From an uncultured Chloroflexia bacterium (lineage in GTDB: Bacteria > Chloroflexota > Dehalococcoidia > DSTF01 > JALHUB01): DNA of 64,000 bases. The stretch covers positions 448,001 through 512,000 of the forward strand of contig OY969814.1 of assembly GCA_963703345.1 (NCBI GenBank), written 5' to 3'. This document shows, piece after piece, positions 1 to 9,758 of this stretch. How positions within the stretch are numbered: the stretch's first letter is position 1; every line of letters begins with the position of its first letter. Under the pieces are notes generated by a model. That model was not told the origin of the DNA and searched no databases. It saw only the letters and a program-made list of their open reading frames with translations. Made by a program: the position numbers and the translations under genes.

Positions 1-1188
1 GTCCACTATCTCGCGCCGACCGTCGGCGCCAACCACTTCGGGCCCGTGGACGAGATGGCGACGAAGTCACCTCTGCCGCAGATACCCAACGTCACCTTCA
101 CTCGCTTCGAGGTGCCCGGCCTGCCGCGCCGCCTGCCTGCCGGTAGGCATGGTCTGCCCTGGCCGTCGCTGGCGCTCAAGCTCGACCAGAAGATGCGGTT
201 CGCCGCCGCCTTCCCGTTCGTCGCCGCCCGTCGTGCCGAGGAGGCCCTTCGCGCGTCACCGTTCGACCTGATCTACGGCTATGAGGTGCACGGCGTCCTG
301 GCGGCGCGCCTTCTGCGACGCCGCTGGAAGCTGCCGGCCGTCTCGCGTTTCCAGGGTACGGTGATGTACCCGGCGCTGGACAACGTCCTCCTCCGCTTCC
401 GTCGCTACGAGGAAGCGCTCGCCCTGCGCGCGCCCGCCGGCCTCTACATCATGACCAACGACGGTACCCGCGGCGACGAAGTCCTGGCCCGCCTCAACCC
501 GGGCTCTCGGGGCCGCGTCCGCTTCTGGCGCAACGGCCTGGACATGGTCAATCTGAAGCCCGCGGCGCCGCGACAGGCTGTTGCTGCCCGCGAGGCGCTC
601 GGGATCGCCGGAGATCGCTTCATGCTGCTGACGGCCTGCGTCCTGCTGCCCTGGAAGCGTGTCGACCGAGCGATCCGCGCCCTTTCCGCGATTCGCCGCC
701 GGTTGCCGGAGGCGCTGCTGGTGGTGTTGGGCGACGGTGAAGAGCGTGGGCACCTCGAGACACTGGCGCGCGAGCTGCGCGTCGGCGATGCTGTCCGTTT
801 CGAGGGCGCGGTGCCGCAGGCGGACGTCCGCCGCTACCTCTGGGCCGCCGATGTCTTTCTCTCGCTGAACGACCTCTCGAACGCCGGCAACCCGCTCCTG
901 GAGGCGATGGCCTGTGGCAAGCCGATCGTCACCATCGACAACGGCGCCACGGCTGAGCTTATCCGCGACGGCGAGACGGGGTTGCTGCTGCCGTCGGGCG
1001 GGCCGCGGCGCGTCGCTGAAGCCGTCCTGCGCCTCGCGGCGGAGAAGACGGTCCGCCGGCAAGTGGCCAAGGGCGCGCGCTCCTACGCGACGGCGAACTT
1101 CTGGACGTGGGAGCAGCGTCTGGCGGCGGAGCTGGAGGAGGTAGAGCGCCTCGTCGCCAAGCCGCCCCAGGCGCCTGCCCGCCGGTAG
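1..1188 (+). CDS. Glycosyltransferase family 4 (GT-B), 5'-truncated by the window edge
   Basis: Frame is open from base 1. C-terminal GT-B motifs WKRVD and GNPLLEAMACGKP. Confidence 0.9.
   Translation, partial: VHYLAPTVGANHFGPVDEMATKSPLPQIPNVTFTRFEVPGLPRRLPAGRHGLPWPSLALKLDQKMRFAAAFPFVAARRAEEALRASPFDLIYGYEVHGVLAARLLRRRWKLPAVSRFQGTVMYPALDNVLLRFRRYEEALALRAPAGLYIMTNDGTRGDEVLARLNPGSRGRVRFWRNGLDMVNLKPAAPRQAVAAREALGIAGDRFMLLTACVLLPWKRVDRAIRALSAIRRRLPEALLVVLGDGEERGHLETLARELRVGDAVRFEGAVPQADVRRYLWAADVFLSLNDLSNAGNPLLEAMACGKPIVTIDNGATAELIRDGETGLLLPSGGPRRVAEAVLRLAAEKTVRRQVAKGARSYATANFWTWEQRLAAELEEVERLVAKPPQAPARR
132..152. repeat. Palindromic micro-insertion copy 1 (CCTGCCTGCCGGTAGGCATGG, 21 bp), in frame in GT4
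   Basis: Near self-complementary and matches the copies at 1174 and 22218. Removing it gives in-frame LPRRLPW. Confidence 0.7.
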
Positions 1189-1193
1189 GCAGG
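1174..1193. repeat. Palindromic micro-insertion copy 2 (CCTGCCCGCCGGTAGGCAGG)
   Basis: Supplies the current TAG stop of GT4. Removing it leaves in-frame GCG TGA. Confidence 0.7.
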
Positions 1194-1221
1194 TGACTTC
1201 GCCGCCGGAGCCTCGTACACT
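1193..1221 (+). promoter_or_regulatory. Putative sigma70 promoter, leaderless, for the flippase
   Basis: GTGACT-N17-TACACT ending 6 nt before ATG 1228. No clear SD. Confidence 0.4.
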
Positions 1222-1227
1222 AGGGGC

Positions 1228-2603
1228 ATGACAAGGCACGGCGCTCCGGCCCTCCTGAAGTCCCTTCGCGACATCAACTTCGTCTTCGCCACCTACGTCG
1301 CCGGCTACCTGCTGGCGTTTGTGCTGCAGGTGCTCGTGGCGCGCGGTCTGGGCACGAGCGGTCGCGGGACGTACGAGATCGTGCTTCTCACGATGTCGCT
1401 AACGCAGGCCGTGCTGAGCATGGGCGTCGGCGTCGCCAGCCTCTACTACGTCGGCAAGCATGCCTACCCCCTGCGCGATCTCCTGTCGAACAGCCAGTGG
1501 GTCGTCCTGGCGTCGACGCTGCTGAGCGCGCTGGTCGTCCTGGTGGCCGCCGCCACCTTCGGCCCCGGGCTCCTGTCGACCGTGGCGTGCCTTACTGGAT
1601 ATTCGTCTTCGGTATGCCGCTCTTCCTCAACTTCAACCTGCTGATCGCCTTCCTCCAGGCGCAGAACCGCTTCCTGGCAATGAACTCCGTGATCCTCGTA
1701 CGGCCGGCCTTGTTGCTTGCCCTGCTGGTCGGCGGCGTCTTTGCAGGCGGTCTTACGACGACGAACGTCTTCGTCTTCTGGTCGGTCGCGCTGCTCTTCT
1801 CCGTCCTCCTGGCTCTGTCGCTGCTCGGGCTGCGCAACCTGCACCTTCCGACGATTCTGTGGCCGCGGTGGCCCGTGTTAAAGGCGCAGGTGAAGTTCGG
1901 CGTCCAGGGACAGGCCGGGAACATCCTCCAGCTCCTCAACTATCGCGTCGACAAGTACGTGGCGCTTGCTTTCGTTGGCACATCCGGTGTCGGCATCTAC
2001 GCCATCGCCGTCGGCGTCACCGAGAGCATCTGGTTCATCGCCAACGCGGTCTCCGTCGTCCTGGTGCCGCGCCTCACCCGCGCTCATAGGGACGAGGCCG
2101 CGGAGTTGACCCCGCTTTTCTGCCGTCACACCGTCTTCCTGAGCCTGCTGGGCGCCGCCGCAGTGGGCGTGGCCTCGCCCGTGCTGCTGCCGCTCATGTT
2201 CGGCGATGCCTTCTCGCCGGCGGTCGCGGCGGTCTGGTGGCTGTTGCCCGGCACCGTCGCCCTTGCCGCGACGAAGGTCCTGGCCGGCTACATCTTCAGC
2301 CAGGGCAAGCCACTCATCAACAGCTACATCACCGTCGCCAGTTTGGTCGTAACCATCGCTGCGGACCTGGCACTGATCCCGATCTTCGGCGTGCCCGGCG
2401 CGGCGGCAGCCTCATCGCTCGCCTACACGACCTCCCTCGTCCTTAGCCTGGCGGCCTACCAGCGCCTTTCCGGCCGGTCCGCCTGGCGGACGCTCGCCAT
2501 CAACGCCGGCGACCTACGCCTTTACCTGCTTGCCGCCCGCTTCGTCCTGACGCGACGCCCGCCGGCGCAGCCTGTTGCCGGCGACCTGGAGGGCGAAGCT
2601 TGA
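1228..2603 (+). pseudogene. Wzx/MOP-type polysaccharide flippase with a 1-nt frameshift near 1575 (real lesion or assembly error)
   Basis: Hydrophobic N-part in ORF 1228-1644 (ARGLGTSGRGTY) continues in ORF 1497-2603 (NYRVD, VGIYAIA). One added G at ctcctg^tcgac joins them. Confidence 0.8.
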
Positions 2604-3808
2604 GCGAAAGCGCCGATCAGTTGCGGCTCTGCGTTCTGGGCGACTTCGACAGTATCCACACGCGGCGCTGGCTGGAGCCCTTCGTCGAGCGTGGCCACGA
2701 CGTGCACGCCATCTCTTACTACCGGCCGCTGGCGTCGCTCCACGGCGTCACGCTCCACGTCCTCGACGACCGCGGCAATCGGACTACCGGATCGGCCACC
2801 GAGGCGCGAACAAGGACTTCCGCGCGAGTCCCGCCCAACCTGTTACGTCTCGTCAACGCCCTGCGCTATCGACGCCGTGGCCTCGCCCACATGGTACGCC
2901 AGATACAGCCGGACGTCCTGCATGCTCACTACCTGCCGGAATACGGCTTTTTCGCCGCGGCCACCGGCTTCCATCCGCTGGTCGTCAGCGCCTGGGGCTC
3001 CGACGTGCTCGTCGACGCCGACGCGTCGCCGCTGGCCCGCCTGATCACCGCCTACACGCTGCGTCGCGCCGACCTCATCACCTCGAACAACGAGTACATG
3101 AGCGGCAGGCTGCGGGAGATGGGCGTGCCGGCGGAAAAAGTGGCGACGATCGTCTTTGGGCCCGACGCCTTCTATCTGGAAGGCCCGGAAAGCGTTAACG
3201 CACGACAGCCCGAGGCCTCGCATTCGCCGACCGTAATCAGCACGCGTTCGCTGGACTCGCCGCTCTACAACGTCGATCTCATCCTGCGGGCGATGGCGCT
3301 GCTCTGCGCTCGCATTCCGACGGCGCGCTTGCTTGTTGCCGGCGCCGGACGGCTCCGGCCGCGATTGGAGGCGCTGACGCAGGAGATCGGCCTCGGCGAC
3401 AGCGTCTGCTTCCTCGGCTTTCTCGACGCCGCGGCCCTGCGCGACGCCTTCGCCTCGTCGGAAGTTTACGTCTCGGTCCCCAGCTCCGACGGCACATCCG
3501 TCGCGACGCTCTCGGCGATGGCCGCCGGCTGCTTTCCAGTCGTCTCGGACCTACCGACGCAGCACGAGTGGATTCAGGACGGCGTGAACGGCTTCCTCGT
3601 GCCGCCGGGGAATGCGCACGCCCTGGCGCGGCGCCTCGGCGATGCGCTGGACAACGCGGCGTTGCGACGAGAGGCCGCCGCGCGCAATCGTCGCATCGTC
3701 GAAGAGCGTGGCGTCTGGCAGAAGAACGCCCTGCTGATGGAAGAGTGGTACCGGCGCCTGGCGCAGCGAAAGGAAACGCAGGCCGATGCGTCTCTGCTAC
3801 CTGGCTGA
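2600..3808 (+). CDS. Glycosyltransferase family 4
   Basis: SIHTRRW, PDVLHAH, AWGSD and SDGTSVATLSAMAAG motifs. Confidence 0.9.
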   Translation: MSESADQLRLCVLGDFDSIHTRRWLEPFVERGHDVHAISYYRPLASLHGVTLHVLDDRGNRTTGSATEARTRTSARVPPNLLRLVNALRYRRRGLAHMVRQIQPDVLHAHYLPEYGFFAAATGFHPLVVSAWGSDVLVDADASPLARLITAYTLRRADLITSNNEYMSGRLREMGVPAEKVATIVFGPDAFYLEGPESVNARQPEASHSPTVISTRSLDSPLYNVDLILRAMALLCARIPTARLLVAGAGRLRPRLEALTQEIGLGDSVCFLGFLDAAALRDAFASSEVYVSVPSSDGTSVATLSAMAAGCFPVVSDLPTQHEWIQDGVNGFLVPPGNAHALARRLGDALDNAALRREAAARNRRIVEERGVWQKNALLMEEWYRRLAQRKETQADASLLPG

Positions 3809-4856
3809 TGCGCCGTATGTCCACACGGAGCGCTGGGTGCGGCACTTCGTCGATCGAGGCGACGCCGTCAACGTCATCTCCTTCCGGCCGGCGGAGATCG
3901 AGGGCGCCCGCGTCCACTACGTCGACGGCTGGGAGCGAGCGGGTAAGCTGCGCTATCTCATCCACGCCCGACGCGTTCGTCGCCTGGTCCGTTCCCTCGA
4001 GCCGGACCTTGTGCACGCGCTCCACCTGACCAGCTACGGCTTCCTGGCCGCTTTCGCCGGCGTCCATCCGCTGGTCACCTCAGTCTGGGGCACCGACGTC
4101 CTCGAGGCGCCGCGTCTGACGCCGTTCCACTGGCTGATCACCCGTTACGCTCTCGCCCGCGCCGACCGCGTGTCCGCCACGGGCCTGCGGCTGGCCGAGG
4201 CGACGCTGCGCTACATGCCGCAGGGCAAGGACGTCGCCGTTGTCCCTTACGGCGTCGACCTGAGCCAGTTCTCGCCAAGAGAGCGGGGCAGCGACGATTC
4301 CCTGGTCGTCGGCAGCGTCGGCAGACTGTCGCCGGAGAAAGGGCTGAAGTACCTCCTGCAGGCGATGGCGCTGGTTACGCGCGAGGAGCCCCGCGTGCGC
4401 GTACTCCTCGCCGGCGACGGTCCCGAGCGCGGCGCGCTGGAAAGGCTGGCTTCGCGGCTGGGGCTGACCGTCGAGTTCGCGGGCGAGGTGAAGCACGAGC
4501 GTGTGCCCGACGTTCTTGCCCGCATGGACGTCTTCGCTATGCCGTCGACGTGGGAAGGGTTCGGCGTCGCGGCGCTGGAGGCGGAGGCGATGGAAGTGCC
4601 GGTGGTCGCCTCGAACATCCACGGCATACCGGACGTCGTGGAGGACAGCGTCAGCGGCATCCTCGTCCCGCCGAAGGACGTCGACGCCCTCTCGCGCGCC
4701 CTTCTACGCCTGCTGCGCGATGCCGAGGAGAGGCGGCGCACGGGCCGCGCCGGCCGCGAGCTCGTCGCGTCCCGCTACTCCTGGACGGAGAGCACTCGCC
4801 GCATGGAAGCGCTCTACGACGAGCTGCTCTCCGCGCCCGCGGAGCATCGTTCGTAG
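3786..4856 (+). CDS. Glycosyltransferase family 4
   Basis: VGRLSPEKG and EGFGVAALEAEA motifs. Confidence 0.92.
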   Translation: MRLCYLADAPYVHTERWVRHFVDRGDAVNVISFRPAEIEGARVHYVDGWERAGKLRYLIHARRVRRLVRSLEPDLVHALHLTSYGFLAAFAGVHPLVTSVWGTDVLEAPRLTPFHWLITRYALARADRVSATGLRLAEATLRYMPQGKDVAVVPYGVDLSQFSPRERGSDDSLVVGSVGRLSPEKGLKYLLQAMALVTREEPRVRVLLAGDGPERGALERLASRLGLTVEFAGEVKHERVPDVLARMDVFAMPSTWEGFGVAALEAEAMEVPVVASNIHGIPDVVEDSVSGILVPPKDVDALSRALLRLLRDAEERRRTGRAGRELVASRYSWTESTRRMEALYDELLSAPAEHRS

Positions 4857-4958
4857 CTTCGTCGCGGCGCCCCATTGCTTGATCCGCCGCGGCGCCCCAT
4901 GCTAATCTTCAGACGCCCTCGCCGGAAGCTTTGATGGCCACGACTTGACGATAACGAG

Positions 4959-5999
4959 GTGCGCCCCCGAACGATGACGAACGGCACGAAGCCCCTCGTC
5001 TCAGTGCTTGTCCCGATGCGCAACGAGGAGCGCTACATCGAGGCCTGCCTGCGCAGCCTCGCCGAGCAGGATTATCCGCGCGACCGCTTCGAAGTGCTGG
5101 TTATCGACGGCGACTCGACCGACCGCTCGCGAGAGCTGGCGCAGCGCTTCGCCGCTGTTGCCGGAATCGACCTCCGCCTTCTCGACAACCCGGCGCGGAG
5201 GACGGCGCCCGGCCTCAACGTCGGGCTGGTGGCCGCCCGCGGCGAGGTCATCGTCCGCGTCGACGCCCACGCCGAGGTCTACTCGGACTTCCTCAGCGAG
5301 AGCGTCACGACCCTGGAGGAGACCGGCGCCGACGCTGTGGGCGGGCCAATCGAGAGCGTCGCCGAAGGGCTGGTCGGCGAGGCGATAGCGCTGGCTATGT
5401 CCTCCCCGTTCGGCATCGGCAACGCCCACTTCCGTTACAGCCACGAAGCCTGCTACACGGACACGGTCGCCTTCGCCGCCTACCGTCGCGACGTTTTCGA
5501 GCGCATCGGCGTCTTCGCCGAGGATATCGACTACGGCGAGGACGATGAGTTCAACTACCGCCTCGGCGAGCACGGGGGCCGGATTCTCCTCACCCCGCGC
5601 ATCCGCTCCATCTACCACACGCGTTCCGACCTGCCGGCGCTGTTCCGTCAATACAGGGCCTACGGTCGTGCCAAGTTCCACGTTCTGCGCCGCCACCCCG
5701 GCCAGGCGCGGCTGCGGCAGTTCGTGCCGGCGTCGTTTCTTGGGACCCTGGTCGGCCTGTCGCTAACGTCGCGAATCGTCCGCCCCTTGCGACGGGCGCT
5801 GCCGCTGGTGCTGGGCCTCTATGCCGTCGTGGCCGTCGCCGCGTCGCTGCGGATCGCCTCGCGGAACGGCTGGCGATACGCGCCGGTGCTGCCGCTGGCC
5901 TTTGTTTGCCTGCACGTGTCGTATGGCCTGGGCTTCCTGGAGAGCCTGCTCGCCGCAAGGCTGTCCACGTCCACGCCGGACGTTCGAGGGGAGGAATGA
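4959..5999 (+). CDS. Glycosyltransferase family 2 (ExoA-like); alternative start ATG 4974
   Basis: VLVPMRNEE, IDGDSTD, RVDAH and GEDDEFN motifs, with C-terminal TM helices. Confidence 0.9.
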   Translation: MRPRTMTNGTKPLVSVLVPMRNEERYIEACLRSLAEQDYPRDRFEVLVIDGDSTDRSRELAQRFAAVAGIDLRLLDNPARRTAPGLNVGLVAARGEVIVRVDAHAEVYSDFLSESVTTLEETGADAVGGPIESVAEGLVGEAIALAMSSPFGIGNAHFRYSHEACYTDTVAFAAYRRDVFERIGVFAEDIDYGEDDEFNYRLGEHGGRILLTPRIRSIYHTRSDLPALFRQYRAYGRAKFHVLRRHPGQARLRQFVPASFLGTLVGLSLTSRIVRPLRRALPLVLGLYAVVAVAASLRIASRNGWRYAPVLPLAFVCLHVSYGLGFLESLLAARLSTSTPDVRGEE

Positions 6000-6000
6000 C

Positions 6001-7197
6001 ATGACGCAATCGCAGCCCGGCGAGGCGGCGACGCGGCAGGAGCTTCCGCCGCTGCCCTTTTGCCGGCCCGACATAACCGAGGACGAGATCAACGAAGTCG
6101 TCGACACCATCCGCTCCGGCTGGCTGACGACCGGTCCAAAGACGCGTCTTTTCGAGGAGCGCTTCCGCGACTACGTCGGCAGCCGCTACGCCGTAGCCGT
6201 CAGCTCCTGCACGGCGGGATTGCATCTCATGCTCATGGCCGCCGGCATCGGCGAGGGCGACGAGGTGATAACGACGCCGCTTACCTTCTGCGCTACCGTC
6301 AACACCATCATCCTCCAGCGCGCGACGCCGGTCCTCGCCGACATCTGCCTGGACGACTACAACATCGATCCGCAGCAGGTCGAGGCGAAGATCACGCCGC
6401 GGACGAAGGCGATTGTCGCCGTCCACTACGGCGGTCAGCCCTGTCGCATGGACGAGCTGGCGGAGATTGCCCGCCGTCACAACCTCCTGCTGTTCGAGGA
6501 TGCCGCCCACGCCTCCGGCGCGTCCTATCGCGGCAAGATGATCGGCTCCATCGGCGACGCCACGGCTTTCAGCTTTTACGTCATCAAGAACATGACCACC
6601 GGCGAAGGCGGCATGGTCACCACCAACAACCCGGAGCTCGAAGACAAGGTGCGCCTGCTGCGGCTGCACGGCATGAGCCACGACGCCTGGAAGCGCTATG
6701 ACGCCAAGGGCTCCTGGTACTATGAGATCCTCGCCTGCGGCCTCAACTACAAGATGACTGACGTGCAGGCCTCGCTGGGCCTTCACCAGCTCGCCCGGCT
6801 GGACGGCTTCATCGAGCGCCGGGCGCAGATCGTCGCGGAGTACAACCGGCGGCTGGCGCGACTGCCGGAGCTCGTCCTGCCGAAAGCCCGCCCGGAGATC
6901 CACCACGCCTGGCACCTCTACCCGGTCTGGCTGCAAGGCGAGGGGCTACGCATCGGCCGCGACGAGTTGATCGAGGAGCTGAAGGCGCGCGGCATCGGCA
7001 CGTCGGTGCACTTCATCCCGATTCACTACCATCCCTACTATCAGCAGACGCTCGGCCTCAAGCAGGGGGACTACCCGAACACTGACCGCCTGTTCGCCGG
7101 CTTGCTCTCGCTGCCGCTTTTCCCGCTGATGACGGACGGAGACGTCGCCCGCGTGAGCGACGCCGTAGAGGAGATCATTGTCAACAACCGACGCTGA
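6001..7197 (+). CDS. DegT/DnrJ/EryC1/StrS PLP sugar aminotransferase
   Basis: SSCTAGLHL, EDAAHA and FSFYVIKNMTTGEGG (PLP lysine). ATG at 6001 follows GAGGA. Confidence 0.93.
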   Translation: MTQSQPGEAATRQELPPLPFCRPDITEDEINEVVDTIRSGWLTTGPKTRLFEERFRDYVGSRYAVAVSSCTAGLHLMLMAAGIGEGDEVITTPLTFCATVNTIILQRATPVLADICLDDYNIDPQQVEAKITPRTKAIVAVHYGGQPCRMDELAEIARRHNLLLFEDAAHASGASYRGKMIGSIGDATAFSFYVIKNMTTGEGGMVTTNNPELEDKVRLLRLHGMSHDAWKRYDAKGSWYYEILACGLNYKMTDVQASLGLHQLARLDGFIERRAQIVAEYNRRLARLPELVLPKARPEIHHAWHLYPVWLQGEGLRIGRDELIEELKARGIGTSVHFIPIHYHPYYQQTLGLKQGDYPNTDRLFAGLLSLPLFPLMTDGDVARVSDAVEEIIVNNRR

Positions 7198-7801
7198 AGG
7201 CCCGTCGCTCGGGCCGGAGCTCTTTGATCGCGTCGCCGCTATGCTGGGCATCGCCGCCGCGGCGCCGGTAATGGTGCTCCTGGCGCTGCTCATAAAGCTC
7301 GACTCGCCGGGCCCGGTGCTGTTCACGCAGAAGCGCATCGGCCTCAAGGGCAAGCCCTTCACGATGTACAAGTTCCGCACGATGACGGCCAACGCCCACA
7401 AAGAATGGCACCCGCCACAGCGCGTGAACGACTTCTCGAGTTTCGTCTTCCACTCCATCTGGCCGGACAAGCGGGTGACGCGTCTCGGCCGCATCCTGCG
7501 CAACAGCAGTCTCGACGAGTTGCCTCAGCTAATCAACGTCGCCCGCGGCGACATGCGCCTGGTCGGGCCGCGTCCGGACGAGCCCTACCTCGTCGAACAG
7601 TACCGGCAGGAGTTCCACCGCCGCCACGACGTCAAGCCGGGCATAACGGGACTAGCTCAAGTGAACGGCCGCTCAGATTTGACCTACTCTCAAATGATGG
7701 CGTACGATCTCGACTACGTAGACGATCACTCCTTCCGCCGGGACCTGTCGATCCTTGCTCGGACGCTGGCGGTGGTCGCACGCAAGGAAGGAGCCCGTTG
7801 A
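7178..7801 (+). CDS. Priming sugar-phosphate transferase (PglC/WcaJ-type)
   Basis: YKFRTM, SLDELPQL, VGPRP and KPGITGLAQV motifs. Confidence 0.92.
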   Translation: MSTTDAEGPSLGPELFDRVAAMLGIAAAAPVMVLLALLIKLDSPGPVLFTQKRIGLKGKPFTMYKFRTMTANAHKEWHPPQRVNDFSSFVFHSIWPDKRVTRLGRILRNSSLDELPQLINVARGDMRLVGPRPDEPYLVEQYRQEFHRRHDVKPGITGLAQVNGRSDLTYSQMMAYDLDYVDDHSFRRDLSILARTLAVVARKEGAR

Positions 7802-7851
7802 CCCCCTAGCCCGTGACGCAACCCCCTGGGGAGTGAGGAGGGGACGGCTAG

Positions 7852-9750
7852 ATGAGATTGCTTCCTTCGGACCAGCTCAGGCTGTTTGTGCGCGCTCTGC
7901 CGGCGCTGGCCATCGACTTCGTCATCGTGATGGGGAGCTACGCCGCTGGCCTGCTCCTCCGCTTCGACGCCCACGTCCCCCGCGAGTCCTGGCACTGGCT
8001 TTTCTGGGCCGTACCCGTCATAGCCGCGGCGTACCTTCTCGCGAATCTCGTTTTTGGCGTTTATCGGACCGTCTGGCTCTACGGCGGCATCATGGACGCC
8101 ATCTACCTGGCGCTGCCCGTGAGCCTGGTCACCGTCGCCGTCTTTGGCGTCAACGCCATGCTGCGACACCGTCCGCTGCCGCTGAGCGTTAACCTCATCA
8201 GCGGCGCCATCATCCTCCTGGCGATGGGCCTCGTTAAGCTCGCGCCGCGTCTCATCTCCGGCAACGACACGCCTCTGCGCGGCTGGGGCGGAAGGCGGAC
8301 GCAACAGGTTCTGATCGTCGGCGCGGGCAGCACCGGCCAGCTCCTGGCCAGCGAGCTTTTGCGCAATCGCCACTGGCAGTACCGCCCTCTCGGCTTTGTG
8401 GACGACGACCCCCGCAAGCTGCACACCCGCATCCACAGCGTGCCCGTACTCGGCAATCGCTACGACATTCCTTCGCTCGTCGACAAGCACAATGCCGATC
8501 TCGTCGCCCTGGCGATACCCTCCGCCAGCGGTGCCAGCATTCACGAGCTGCTCTCGCTCTGTGAGTCGACTCACGTGCCGGTGCGCATCGTGCCCGGCCT
8601 GGACGCCATCGTCAGTGGCAAGGCGAAGCCCGGCGAGATGCGCGAGGTGACAATCGAGGACCTCATCGAGCGCGACCCCGTGGACATCGACAAGCAGGGC
8701 TGTCGCGAGCTCATCGCCGGGCGCTCCGTTCTGATCACCGGCGCGGCGGGATCGATCGGCTCCGAGCTGGCCCGGCGACTGCTCAGCTTCGGTCCGGCAA
8801 GCCTCCACCTCTTCGACGCCAACGAGGGCGGCCTGCACGAGTTGCGCGTGGAGCTCAGCCAGCGCTCGGAAGACTGCCTGATTAAGCCCTGGATGGGCAG
8901 CATAGGCGACCGCAACAAGGTGTTCCAGGCGTTCGAGGCCGCGCGGCCGCACGTCGTGTTCCACTCCGCCGCCTACAAGCACGTCCCGCTGCTCGAAGAG
9001 AACCCCGACCAGGGATTCTTCGTTAACGTCCTCGGCACGCTGAACGTCCTTCAGGCGGCCAACCAGGTCGGCACGGAGAAGGTCATCTACCTCTCGAGCC
9101 ATGCCGCCATGAACCCTTCCAGCGTCATGGGAGCGACGAAGCGGATCGGCGAGCTCATGGTGCGCTCGCTCGGCCGGCGCGGCACGACTTTCGCTGCGGT
9201 GCGCCTCGCCAACGTCATCGACAGCCGCGGCGGCGTGGTCAGCACTTTCTGGCGCCAGATCCAGAAAGGCGGCCCCGTTTCCGTCACACACCCGGACGTC
9301 GCCCGCTACTTCCTGACCGTGCACGAAGTCGCCAGCCTCATCATCCAGGTCGCGCTCGTGGCCGAGCCCGGCGGTATCTACGTGCTGGACGTCGGCGAGG
9401 AGATCAAGATAGCCGACCTGGCGGAGCGCATGATCCGCGCCAAGGGCATGGAGCCCGGCCGCGAGGTGGAGATCGTCTTCACCGGCCTGCGCCCGGGCGA
9501 GAAGCTCCGCGATGACCTCCTCGGCGAAGGCGAAGAGTTGATGCCGACCTCGCATCCGAAGGTATTCAGCGCCCGCGGGCCATCCGCTTGTCCGCCGGAA
9601 GACCTCCTGCGCCGCATCGGCGAGATGGAGGTCGGCCTCCACCGCACGCCGGAGGCGATAACAGTGCGACTACACGAGCTGGCCCGCCTCGACCTCGCGG
9701 AAGGCCGGCGAGAGTCACCCGCCCGTACGCCTCCTAGCAGCCCTAACTAG
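7852..9750 (+). CDS. CapD/PglF-like membrane nucleotide-sugar dehydratase-family protein
   Basis: 4 N-terminal TMs, a CoA-binding-like domain, TGAAGSIGSEL, AAYKHVP, MGATKR and GLRPGEKL. Confidence 0.9.
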   Translation: MRLLPSDQLRLFVRALPALAIDFVIVMGSYAAGLLLRFDAHVPRESWHWLFWAVPVIAAAYLLANLVFGVYRTVWLYGGIMDAIYLALPVSLVTVAVFGVNAMLRHRPLPLSVNLISGAIILLAMGLVKLAPRLISGNDTPLRGWGGRRTQQVLIVGAGSTGQLLASELLRNRHWQYRPLGFVDDDPRKLHTRIHSVPVLGNRYDIPSLVDKHNADLVALAIPSASGASIHELLSLCESTHVPVRIVPGLDAIVSGKAKPGEMREVTIEDLIERDPVDIDKQGCRELIAGRSVLITGAAGSIGSELARRLLSFGPASLHLFDANEGGLHELRVELSQRSEDCLIKPWMGSIGDRNKVFQAFEAARPHVVFHSAAYKHVPLLEENPDQGFFVNVLGTLNVLQAANQVGTEKVIYLSSHAAMNPSSVMGATKRIGELMVRSLGRRGTTFAAVRLANVIDSRGGVVSTFWRQIQKGGPVSVTHPDVARYFLTVHEVASLIIQVALVAEPGGIYVLDVGEEIKIADLAERMIRAKGMEPGREVEIVFTGLRPGEKLRDDLLGEGEELMPTSHPKVFSARGPSACPPEDLLRRIGEMEVGLHRTPEAITVRLHELARLDLAEGRRESPARTPPSSPN

Positions 9751-9758
9751 GCTTTGCC

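Noticed and set aside
7726-9642. Long antisense and alternative-frame ORFs (also 5590-6936, 16050-17480, 35674-36876, 57182-58867)
   Set aside because: Shadow ORFs expected from high-GC codon bias opposite well-supported genes, with no motifs.
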